In this document: positions 1 through 7,483 of the stretch, piece after piece | Position numbering within the stretch: the first letter of the stretch is position 1 | How the letters are laid out: each line of letters opens with the position of its first letter | Source: Candidatus Caldarchaeum subterraneum | GTDB taxonomy: Archaea > Thermoproteota > Nitrososphaeria_A > Caldarchaeales > Caldarchaeaceae | Assembly: GCA_937934305.1 (NCBI GenBank) | Contig: CALHAG010000008.1 | Span: forward strand, 56,377-80,376 | Direction of reading: 5' to 3' | Length of the DNA stretch: 24,000 nucleotides | Notes under the pieces: model-generated | Databases searched by the model: none | Seen by the model: the letters and a program-made list of their open reading frames with translations, nothing else | Told to the model about the DNA's origin: nothing | Position numbers and translations under genes: made by a program

Positions 1-2
1 GT

Positions 3-491
3 GATGGAAAGCTTAGGTTAGAGGTTTATGATTTTGAGCGTGATGCTGATAAGGCTTCTGCATGGGGTGTGGATAAAATTCCGGCGCTGCTTCTACATGG
101 TGCCAGGGAATATAAGGTGAGGTATTTTGGGCTGCCGGCGGGCTATGAGTTCGCGGCCCTATTGGATGACATCATAGACGTTAGCAAGGGAGCCTCTAGG
201 CTTTCACCAAGCGTCAAAGCCAAGGTGAGGGAAATCAGCAAACCCGTGCACATACAGGTCTTCGTCACACCCACATGCCCATACTGTCCAAGAGCCGTCC
301 GGACAGCGCATCAAATGGCGATAGAGAATGAGTTGATAACAGCCGACATGGTTGAAGCCATCGAGTTTCCGCACCTCGCCAACAAATACGACGTCATGGC
401 CGTGCCCAAAGTTGTAATAAACGATAAAGTATCTTTCGAAGGGGCTTTACCTGATATGCATTTTCTCGAGCATGTTTTGATGGCTGTTTGA
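3..491 (+). CDS. Protein disulfide oxidoreductase (glutaredoxin-like, two thioredoxin-fold units), 5' end off window
   Basis: Frame 3 is open from the window edge, with no stop between 3 and 69, so the 140-aa track ORF is only the C-terminal part. VRYFGLPAGYEF...VFVTPTCPYCP...MVEAIEFP...YDVMAVPK...FEGA is colinear with Pyrococcus-type PDO as I recall it. The CPYC active site is at nt 276-287. Confidence 0.85.
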   Translation, partial: DGKLRLEVYDFERDADKASAWGVDKIPALLLHGAREYKVRYFGLPAGYEFAALLDDIIDVSKGASRLSPSVKAKVREISKPVHIQVFVTPTCPYCPRAVRTAHQMAIENELITADMVEAIEFPHLANKYDVMAVPKVVINDKVSFEGALPDMHFLEHVLMAV

Positions 492-532
492 TGGAAAATC
501 GTTAAAGCTCGGCTTGGCGGGCTTTTGGCGGC

Positions 533-1441
533 TTGAAGGCTGTTTGGATGGATGGTGAACTGGTTCCCTGGGAGCAGGCTAAAGTCCACGTGACCGTCAA
601 CGCTCTCCACTATGGCACGGCGGTTTTCGAGGGCATAAGGGGATATAGCCATAACGATGAAATCTATGTTTTCCGTCTCCGGGACCATCTCAAAAGACTC
701 ATCGAGTCCGCTAAGATAATCATGTTCAACAACCCATACACTGTTGAGCAGCTGCAGGACGCGGTTATCAAAACCATAAGGGCAAACGGCTACAGGTCAA
801 ACGTCTACATCAGGCCAATAATATACGCCGGAGAAAACATCATGTCACTCAACGCAAGAGACCTGCCGATAAGAGCGTCTGTCATAGTTTTTCCGCTGGA
901 GAAGTTTTTCGCCAAAACTGGTCTTCGGGTATGTGTTTCGTCGTGGAGGAGGCTTCCCGATACCTCTATGCCGCCGAGAGCGAAGGCTGCGGCCAATTAC
1001 CTGAACTCCATACTCGCCTCTACAGAGGCCAAGATGATGGGCTATGACGAGGCTTTGTTGCTCGACCACCAGGGATACGTCAGCGAGGGCGCGGGTGAGA
1101 ACCTTTTCCTTGTAAAGAACGAGGTTTTAGCGACTCCGCCAACCTCCTCCTCTATTCTCGAGGGAATCACGCGGGACACGGTGATAAAGATGGCTTCGGA
1201 CGAGGGTTTCCGGGTTGTTGAGCGGCCGATTTCACGAACTGAGCTCTACACCGCTGATGAGCTGTTTTTCACGGGAACGGCTGCGGAGATAACCCCGATA
1301 GTGGAGGTTGACGGTAGGAAAATTGGAGACGGAGCCGTGGGCCCCGTCACCAGCAGGCTCAGGAAACTCTACGACAACACAGTCCGAGGCCTAGAGCCGC
1401 GTTACAAAGGGTGGCTTACACCGGTGTATGGTTCGCGGTAG
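533..1441 (+). CDS. ilvE: Branched-chain amino acid aminotransferase (fold-type IV PLP enzyme)
   Basis: 302 aa, TTG start. Hallmarks: HYGTAVFEGIRGY, RLxRLxESA, PRAKAAANYLNS (PLP lysine region), EGAGENLF, LEGITRD, ELFFTGTAAEITPI. Confidence 0.9.
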   Translation: MKAVWMDGELVPWEQAKVHVTVNALHYGTAVFEGIRGYSHNDEIYVFRLRDHLKRLIESAKIIMFNNPYTVEQLQDAVIKTIRANGYRSNVYIRPIIYAGENIMSLNARDLPIRASVIVFPLEKFFAKTGLRVCVSSWRRLPDTSMPPRAKAAANYLNSILASTEAKMMGYDEALLLDHQGYVSEGAGENLFLVKNEVLATPPTSSSILEGITRDTVIKMASDEGFRVVERPISRTELYTADELFFTGTAAEITPIVEVDGRKIGDGAVGPVTSRLRKLYDNTVRGLEPRYKGWLTPVYGSR

Positions 1442-1453
1442 AGGTAGATATCC

Positions 1454-1777
1454 TTGAAATGTGATGTCTGCGGCGAGTCTGTTCCATATTTGTTGCTAAG
1501 GCTGGATAAACCCCGTTGCCCCAAGGGTCATGAGCTAGGAGTATGGGTCGCATGCGGTAACCCCGAAGAGAGCCATGTCTATCTATGGAGAGAAGGGATG
1601 AAGTGTCCATACTGCGGCGACGAAAAATATCAGCCCATGTCACGAGGCGTCAAGGTCAAATGCCTAAACATGGGCCCAAGCGGTCCCTGCAACTATCCGT
1701 ACTACACTTGGCTCGAGGACGGGCCACCTTGTCACATGAACCATTTGAGCAAGATAGCGGTCGTAAAAAATGCGTAG
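1454..1777 (+). CDS. Cys/His-rich zinc-ribbon protein, function unknown
   Basis: 107 aa, TTG start. Metal-ligand candidates: C3xxC6, C22xxxH26, C51xxC54, C70, C79, C93-H94-xx-H97. Its end overlaps the tsaC start by 8 nt, which suggests co-translation. I recognise no family. Confidence 0.5.
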   Translation: MKCDVCGESVPYLLLRLDKPRCPKGHELGVWVACGNPEESHVYLWREGMKCPYCGDEKYQPMSRGVKVKCLNMGPSGPCNYPYYTWLEDGPPCHMNHLSKIAVVKNA

Positions 1778-2381
1778 ACATGGTTTACTAGAGGCGATAA
1801 ACTCAGCGGCCGAGGCGGTCAAACGCGGTGGAGTAATTGTTTACCCTACAGATACTGTTTATGGCATCGGCTGCGACCCCTTCAAAATCGACGCCGTCGA
1901 AAGGGTTATTCATGCTAAGATGCGTGAAAAAAAGCCCGCCCCTGTCCTGGTAAGCGATTTGGACCAGCTCCTAGAGGTTGCTGAGCCGACCGAAGAAGAG
2001 CTGGAGGCAGCCATACGTCTTTGGCCGGGGGCAGTGACAATCGTTATGGCGAAGAGACCCGAGCTGCCCGACCTTGTCACCGCCGGGGAGAAGACAGTTG
2101 GGGTCCGAATGCCCGCACATATTGTTCCTCTCCTGATAATGCAGAAGGCACGCAGGCCCTTGGTTGGCACGAGCGCGAATATTTCGGGTGAACCATCAGC
2201 AGCAACCATCGACCAGATACCTTCAAGCGTTCTCGAGAAGGTGGACGTTGTCGTGGACGCGGGAAGAACACATCATCAATTACCATCGACCGTTGTGAAA
2301 ATTCAGAACAGGCGGGTGATTGTTCTTCGTGAGGGCGCAGTATCTCGTGAAGAGGTTGAGAAAAGAATTGGGCTTAAATAA
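1770..2381 (+). CDS. tsaC: L-threonylcarbamoyladenylate synthase, short YrdC-domain-only form (TsaC/Sua5 family)
   Basis: 203 aa. Motifs: VIVYPTDTVYGIGCDP, VGVRMP, PLVGTSANISGEPS, STVV. There is no C-terminal SUA5 domain; the protein ends about 15 aa after the YrdC fold. Confidence 0.85.
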   Translation: MRRHGLLEAINSAAEAVKRGGVIVYPTDTVYGIGCDPFKIDAVERVIHAKMREKKPAPVLVSDLDQLLEVAEPTEEELEAAIRLWPGAVTIVMAKRPELPDLVTAGEKTVGVRMPAHIVPLLIMQKARRPLVGTSANISGEPSAATIDQIPSSVLEKVDVVVDAGRTHHQLPSTVVKIQNRRVIVLREGAVSREEVEKRIGLK

Positions 2382-2916
2382 GAGTCGTGGCTATTTTCTG
2401 CATAATCGCGAGCTTGAGCGCTTCTATGCTCGTTTTCGCTTGGACAGATTTGTAAACTTTTTCTGTAACTCCGTAGAGTTCCGCGAATCGCGTCTGGTCG
2501 GGATTTTTCGGCAAATCCGTCTCTTCACCGCCTGCAAGGGATAGAACCTTCGCTGCCTTCTCCTCAACCTGCTCCCGAGAGTTCCCCAGCACCAGAAAAA
2601 CCGCTCGCTTGCTGCCGGGCTTTAGCCCAAACTTGGCGATTGCTTCGCTGATTTGCGTGGTGGCGGCAAGCCGCATCAAAACCTCGTTTGAAAGAGTGCG
2701 CGCCCTCTGACGAGAGGCCCTCACAGCTAAGACAGCGTTCATAAGCGCGGCGTCGAAAACATCCCAATCAAGAATCGAGTCCGCGTCAAATACCTGAGCA
2801 TCATCCACAACGTTACGGACTTTTTCCACAAAATCATCAGCAGGTTCGTCCCGCAGCCACACCACGCCCGCGGCGAAAAACAGGTCAAAGACTTTTCCCA
2901 TCCTCATATTAGCCAC
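2374..2916 (-). CDS. cgi121: KEOPS complex subunit Cgi121
   Basis: 180 aa. QVFDADSI...A..NAV.A........RTLSNEVLMRLAATTQISEAIAKFGLKPG...VFLVL is colinear with archaeal Cgi121 (M. jannaschii pattern FQILNADVV...KSFWMEILVRASGQRQIHEAIKIIG). The GTG start at 2916 overlaps the upstream Ubl stop. An alternative ATG lies at 2907. Confidence 0.7.
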   Translation of the reverse strand: MANMRMGKVFDLFFAAGVVWLRDEPADDFVEKVRNVVDDAQVFDADSILDWDVFDAALMNAVLAVRASRQRARTLSNEVLMRLAATTQISEAIAKFGLKPGSKRAVFLVLGNSREQVEEKAAKVLSLAGGEETDLPKNPDQTRFAELYGVTEKVYKSVQAKTSIEALKLAIMQKIATTLI

Positions 2917-3178
2917 CGTGTATGGATGGAATTAACGTCACAACATCGTCCTCGTCAACCACCGTATCCAACCACGTTAGATACCTCACGTCAACTCCGT
3001 TAACCAGTATTAGCAGACCCGGCTGAGGACGTCCAGCATCATCCATAATCATCCTCCGCACCTCTTCATCAAACAGCACGAAAACCTCCCTCAACTTAAC
3101 CGGTTCCCTCAACGCTATATCAATAAACCTTTTCCCCACCATAGCTCTCAGAGGACCCAGTAGCTCGACCCTCAACAT
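2909..3178 (-). CDS. MoaD/ThiS/SAMP-type ubiquitin-like beta-grasp protein ending in Gly-Gly
   Basis: 89 aa. ...GLLILVNGVDVRYL...VVDEDDVVTLIPSIHGG is followed directly by the stop codon. This length and the LVNG...D.V.(L/I)IP...GG pattern are typical of sulfur-carrier and small archaeal modifier proteins. Confidence 0.75.
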   Translation of the reverse strand: MLRVELLGPLRAMVGKRFIDIALREPVKLREVFVLFDEEVRRMIMDDAGRPQPGLLILVNGVDVRYLTWLDTVVDEDDVVTLIPSIHGG

Positions 3179-3236
3179 AGAGCACTCAAGCAGGGTTGTA
3201 AAAAATCTTATCAGGTGAAAATTTTTTAGATGTTCT

Positions 3237-3755
3237 TTGGAACCCTTAGCTGTGAAGATTCCAGAGGAGCGTTTGAAGATATTTTTCGAGATGGAGGAGA
3301 AGTATAGGGAGAAGGATGCAGAATATTTCAGGACTTTGTTGAAGAGCGGTGACTTTGTTATCCGCGCTAGGGCTACGTGTATTTTGGCTGAGATAGGTGG
3401 CAGAGACTATATCCATGACCTTGCCGAGGTGCTGCTGCATGACGATAACCCTATTGTGCGTCATGAGGCCGCTTATAGTCTCGGGCAGCTGGGATACCGA
3501 GAGGCGATTCCCTACCTCGTTGAGTCTGTAAAGAAGGACCCGCACCCCATAGTCCGCCACGAATCAGCCATAGCACTCGGTGTAATAGGCAGAACAGACC
3601 CTGTCCCAGACCTAATCGAGGCGCTGAAGGACGAGTCCCCTGAAGTGGTAGATTCCGCCATTATAGCGCTAAGCAACATAGAGTTCTGCAAAAGGCTTTT
3701 CACACAAACAGTGGACGAGATGGCTGCAGAGTTCGCGCGCAAAACGGGAGGCTGA
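3237..3755 (+). CDS. HEAT-repeat protein resembling one half of deoxyhypusine hydroxylase (two VRHE motifs)
   Basis: 172 aa, about four HEAT/PBS-lyase-like repeats. The motifs NPIVRHEAAYSLGQLG (His-Glu codons 3462-3467) and HPIVRHESAIALGVIG (His-Glu codons 3558-3563) lie 32 residues apart. The start is uncertain: TTG 3237, GTG 3252 (best spaced, about 27 nt, from the A/T tract 3217-3228) or ATG 3291. Confidence 0.75.
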   Translation: MEPLAVKIPEERLKIFFEMEEKYREKDAEYFRTLLKSGDFVIRARATCILAEIGGRDYIHDLAEVLLHDDNPIVRHEAAYSLGQLGYREAIPYLVESVKKDPHPIVRHESAIALGVIGRTDPVPDLIEALKDESPEVVDSAIIALSNIEFCKRLFTQTVDEMAAEFARKTGG

Positions 3756-3794
3756 ACAACGGGAGAATATATTAAGGTCGTGTAGGCATTATCT

Positions 3795-4265
3795 ATGATG
3801 CAGTATTCCCGTGTTGAGAAAGAATTTTTCTTCAGGCTGAATGGAGAGGAGGTGAGAGTTAGGGCGCCGCCGGGATACACTCTTCTCGAGGTCCTCCGCC
3901 ACATTCTTCATCTAACCGGTACAAAGGATGGATGCAGCAGCGGCGACTGCGGCGCATGCACGGTGCTGCTTGATGGCAGAGCTGTTCACAGCTGTTTGAC
4001 GCTTATTTCACAGGTGGAGGGAAGAGAGGTGACAACCGTTGAGGCTGTCGATGAAAAAGTGGCAGATGCCTATGCACGGCATGGGGCGGTGCAGTGTGGA
4101 TACTGCACACCCGGGTTTGTAGTGGCTACCGCGTATTTGCTGAGCAAGATGCATAACCCCTCTGATGCAGAGATAAGGGAGTGGCTGAGGGGCAACCTCT
4201 GCAGATGCACGGGCTACGTCAAGATTTTGAAGGCTGTGGAATCGCTTGCCGGTGACGACGGTTGA
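3795..4265 (+). CDS. Molybdenum hydroxylase small subunit, [2Fe-2S]-binding (XDH/CoxS family)
   Basis: 156 aa. Plant-type ferredoxin cluster motif GCSSGDCGACTV plus second cluster motifs CGYCTPG and CRCTGY. Confidence 0.9.
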   Translation: MMQYSRVEKEFFFRLNGEEVRVRAPPGYTLLEVLRHILHLTGTKDGCSSGDCGACTVLLDGRAVHSCLTLISQVEGREVTTVEAVDEKVADAYARHGAVQCGYCTPGFVVATAYLLSKMHNPSDAEIREWLRGNLCRCTGYVKILKAVESLAGDDG

Positions 4266-5134
4266 AATCCCTCAGCTACATCGATGTCTTCACACCCAGG
4301 AGCCTCGAAGAGGCGCTTGAGCTACTCGATAAGCATAGGGGAGAGTTGGCTGTTTTAGCAGGCGGCACAGACCTCATAATCCAGCTAAGAAAAGCCCAGC
4401 AGAAAGCACCCAACCTTCTCAACATCTACATGCTCGACGAACTCCGCTACATCAAACATGACAACGAGATAATCAAAATCGGTGCTTTAACAGATTTCGC
4501 GACCATAACAGAGTCGCCGATAATTCAGAGGCATGCACCGGTTTTGGCAGAGGCAGCGGCCACCATAGGGTCTGTGCAGATACTGAACAAGGCCTCGATA
4601 GGCGGAAATATAGTAAACGCCTCGCCAGCCGCCGACTCTCTGCCAGCCCTCTACGTCCTCAACGCTACACTAACCCTTAGGAGCAAAACAGGGACACGCA
4701 AGGTGGCTATCGAGCAGTTCTACAAAGGATACAAGAAACTCGACCTTCAGAGCGGCGAACTCCTCACCGAGGTCTCCTTCCCCGCAATGAAGCAGAACCA
4801 GATAGGGATGTTTTTCAAACACGGGCTTAGGCAGGGAGACGCGATCTCGGTTGTCAACGGCGCCATTCTTCTCGAGGTTTTGAACGGATATGTAAAAGAT
4901 GCGCGAATAGCTCTTGGAGCTGTTGCGCCAACAGTCGTCCGAGCCACAGAGTCTGAGAAAACCCTCATCGGCCAGCGTCTCAGCGAAGATGTCATCCTGA
5001 AAGCGGCACAAGCATGTCTAACCTCCATTTCGCCAATAGATGACGTGAGAGGCTCAGCGGCTTATAGAAAGGAAATGTGCGTGAATTATCTCTACATGAC
5101 GCTTTGGCAAATGATGAGGATGGTGAATCTATGA
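4262..5134 (+). CDS. Molybdenum hydroxylase medium subunit, FAD-binding (CoxM/XdhB family)
   Basis: 290 aa. The TTG start overlaps the upstream stop (gTTGA). Motifs: LAGGTDL, ASIGGNI.NASPAADS, and a C-terminal CO-dehydrogenase-flavoprotein-like domain with DDVRGSAAYR. Confidence 0.85.
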   Translation: MKSLSYIDVFTPRSLEEALELLDKHRGELAVLAGGTDLIIQLRKAQQKAPNLLNIYMLDELRYIKHDNEIIKIGALTDFATITESPIIQRHAPVLAEAAATIGSVQILNKASIGGNIVNASPAADSLPALYVLNATLTLRSKTGTRKVAIEQFYKGYKKLDLQSGELLTEVSFPAMKQNQIGMFFKHGLRQGDAISVVNGAILLEVLNGYVKDARIALGAVAPTVVRATESEKTLIGQRLSEDVILKAAQACLTSISPIDDVRGSAAYRKEMCVNYLYMTLWQMMRMVNL

Positions 5135-7401
5135 AACAGTCTACCACGTGGGTTGGTAAAGAGGTTGTTCGGAGAGATGCTTTAGAGAAGGCGAGGGGGC
5201 TGACGAAGTATGCCTCAGACATGTTTTTGGACAACATGCTATGGGTGGCGGCGTGCAGAAGCAAATATCCACATGCAGTGATCAAGCGGATAGATGTCTC
5301 AAGAGCTTTGAAGAGCCCCGGAGTTGTGGCTGTTTTTACACATCGTGACGTGCCCAACAACAGGTACGGCGTCTTCGTCAAAGACAGGCCCGTGTTATGC
5401 GACGACAGAGTCAGATACATCGGTGACATTGTCGCCATCGTGGCAGCGGAGTCCAAGGAGGAGGCTGAGCAGGCGGTTGAGGAAATTGTTGTGGAATATG
5501 AGCCGCTGCCTGTTGTTTCGGACCCGTTGGAGGCCATGAAGCCTGATGCTTTCCCAATACATGAAGGTGGAAACATTTCGCGAAGCACCCGCATAACCTT
5601 CGGCAACGTAGAGGAGGGGTTCAAAGCCTCGAAGGCTGTCGTAGAAAACGAGTATCGTACAGCTCCTCAAATACACATGTTTCTCGAGACAGAGGCAGGC
5701 TTCTCCTACATCGATGAAAAAGGTGTGATAACTGTTGTTGCGGGCGGCCAGTCACCATACAGAGACCATCACGAGATTGTTTCTACGCTTCAGCTTCCAC
5801 CCGAGAAGGTGCGGGTTGTAATCCCACATGTTGGCGGAGCCTTCGGTGGAAAGGATGATGTCTCGGTCCAGATTTATCTCGCGCTTGTAACATGGAAAAC
5901 AGGAAGACCTGCTCGCTTCGTCTGGGACAGAGACGAGTCAACAATAGCAGGGACAAAGCGTCACGCCTCGATAGTCAGAATGAAGACAGGGGCCTCAGCT
6001 GATGGAAAACTTTTGGCGAACGATGTAGAAATCATCTATGACACAGGAGCCTACACTGCTCTCGGACACGCTGTCCTCGACGTCGCTATAGAGAACTGCA
6101 ACGGCCCCTACAAAATACCCAACATCGACATCAAGGCCTGGCTCGTCTACACCAACAACATGGTTGCGTCTGCGTTCCGCGGATTCGGAGCCCCGCAAGT
6201 GATGTTCGCTATGGAGCAGCAGGTTGACCAGCTTGCATACGAGCTCGGCATGGACCCTATAGAGTTCAGGCTCCGCAACGCGCTGAAGAGAGGAGATGTA
6301 ATGGTTTTCGGCAACAAGCTTGAGACCAGCGTGGGGATATCGCAGTGCCTCGAGGCTGCGCAAAACCATCCCCTATGGCGTCAAAAAGAGACACTAAAGT
6401 CCGAAAAGAGTCTTCCCTGGATTAGGAGAGGGGTTGGTGTGGCGGCTGCGATAAAGGGCTTCACGCTCGGCGCGTTGCCCGACAGGGGAAGCGTGGCTGT
6501 TGAGCTTAGGCGGGACGGAGGTTTAACGGTGAAGGGAAGCTTCACAGAGATTGGTCAAGGCGTAGTACAGGCTGTGGCGCAGTTGGCCGCTGATCTCTTT
6601 AAAATAGACATCGAGAAAGTGGAAGTTGTCTTCGCAGACACAGGCAAAACACCTGACACAAGCGTAACATCAGCATCCCGCCAGCTGTTCCTCGCAGGAA
6701 ACGCGTTGAAAAAAGCGGCGGAAAACCTGCTCAACCTCATCCGAGAGGTTCTGACAACCCGTTATGGGCAAAAGGTGATAGAGGCGCGGTTCGAGAACGG
6801 ATACGTAGTTGGACCGGGTTTCAGCCACTCGTTTGAAGAGGTTGCGCAGATGCTTGAGGAACATGGTCTCTCGAGAGAGGTTGTAGGGGTTTATGATGTT
6901 CCACGTGTCGAGCCCATTCCCGGCTCTCTCGAGATACCGCATCTCTTCTACATGTTCGGCGCAACATTGGCGCTCGTCGAGGTCAACATCTTGACAGGAA
7001 CTGTGACAGTGCCCAAGCTCGTCAGCATAGCAGACGTGGGGAAAGTAGTCAATCCGCAGACCTTAACAGGCCAGCTGGAGGGGGCGGCGGCGCAGGGGCT
7101 TGGATTCGCACTCCTCGAAGAACCTATAATTGACAAAGGCATACTGAAGACAACCAACCTCTCCACATACCTTATCCCAAGCATAAAAGACGTCAACGAA
7201 ATAGAGGTCATCCCGGTCGAGAGCTTCGAGGATGAGGGGCCCTTCGGCGCCAAAGGCATAGGTGAGATAGGCATAATCTCAGTTGCACCCGCAATAGCCA
7301 ACGCGATATATCACGCTGTCCGGGTCCGGCCCAAGTCGGCGCCCATGACGCCTGAGAAAATCTATTGGCTGGTTAAGCAGGCTGGTTTAACCGTTAAATA
7401 A
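5131..7401 (+). CDS. Molybdenum hydroxylase large subunit, molybdopterin-binding (xanthine dehydrogenase/aldehyde oxidoreductase family)
   Basis: The ATG at 5131 overlaps the upstream stop (ATGA). The 5077 start in the track would overlap the medium subunit by 58 nt. Motifs: GGAFGGK, ASAFRGFGAPQ, FGAKGIGEIG (catalytic Glu region). It lacks the CODH signatures I recall (form I VAYRCSFR, form II AYRGAGR). Confidence 0.9.
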   Translation: MKQSTTWVGKEVVRRDALEKARGLTKYASDMFLDNMLWVAACRSKYPHAVIKRIDVSRALKSPGVVAVFTHRDVPNNRYGVFVKDRPVLCDDRVRYIGDIVAIVAAESKEEAEQAVEEIVVEYEPLPVVSDPLEAMKPDAFPIHEGGNISRSTRITFGNVEEGFKASKAVVENEYRTAPQIHMFLETEAGFSYIDEKGVITVVAGGQSPYRDHHEIVSTLQLPPEKVRVVIPHVGGAFGGKDDVSVQIYLALVTWKTGRPARFVWDRDESTIAGTKRHASIVRMKTGASADGKLLANDVEIIYDTGAYTALGHAVLDVAIENCNGPYKIPNIDIKAWLVYTNNMVASAFRGFGAPQVMFAMEQQVDQLAYELGMDPIEFRLRNALKRGDVMVFGNKLETSVGISQCLEAAQNHPLWRQKETLKSEKSLPWIRRGVGVAAAIKGFTLGALPDRGSVAVELRRDGGLTVKGSFTEIGQGVVQAVAQLAADLFKIDIEKVEVVFADTGKTPDTSVTSASRQLFLAGNALKKAAENLLNLIREVLTTRYGQKVIEARFENGYVVGPGFSHSFEEVAQMLEEHGLSREVVGVYDVPRVEPIPGSLEIPHLFYMFGATLALVEVNILTGTVTVPKLVSIADVGKVVNPQTLTGQLEGAAAQGLGFALLEEPIIDKGILKTTNLSTYLIPSIKDVNEIEVIPVESFEDEGPFGAKGIGEIGIISVAPAIANAIYHAVRVRPKSAPMTPEKIYWLVKQAGLTVK

Positions 7402-7420
7402 TCGGAGACCGGTGCAAAGT

Positions 7421-7483
7421 CGCCGAAGTTGAATGGAGAAGCTGCTGAAGATGTCTGCTTGGGTTTATTGTTGAGCTTCGGCG
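7421..7483 (+). repeat. Inverted repeat (8 bp perfect, CGCCGAAG/CTTCGGCG) enclosing a 13-codon mini-ORF, just upstream of aspartate kinase
   Basis: Arms are at 7421-7428 and 7476-7483. The ATG at 7433 opens MEKLLKMSAWVYC, with its stop at 7472-7474. The aspartate kinase TTG is at 7495. Confidence 0.5.

Noticed and set aside
311-688. Minus-strand 125-aa ORF. The same applies to other track ORFs at 805-1069, 1910-2286, 3246-3904, 5995-7301, 7794-8571, 10535-10999, 12724-13999, 14466-15143, 15644-15922, 17830-18218, 18735-19124 and 23042-23714.
   Set aside because: All lie antisense or out of frame within genes that have clear family signatures, and none shows a motif of its own. They are treated as non-coding shadow ORFs.
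5077-5130. N-terminal extension of the Mo-hydroxylase large subunit in the six-frame track (start at 5077).
   Set aside because: It would overlap the medium subunit by 58 nt. The ATG at 5131 forms the classic ATGA stop/start overlap and yields a family-typical N-terminus (MKQSTTWVGKEV).
4992-5624. A 210-aa minus-strand ORF spanning the junction of the Mo-hydroxylase medium and large subunit genes.
   Set aside because: It is antisense to two strongly supported genes. It is Ser/Thr/Leu-rich and has no recognisable domain, start context or promoter.
3795-7401. Aerobic carbon-monoxide dehydrogenase (coxSML) as the identity of the Mo-enzyme cluster.
   Set aside because: The large subunit shows the XDH-type AFRGFGAPQ context. 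It shows neither CODH active-site loop as I recall them (VAYRCSFR or AYRGAGR). Only a family-level call is justified.
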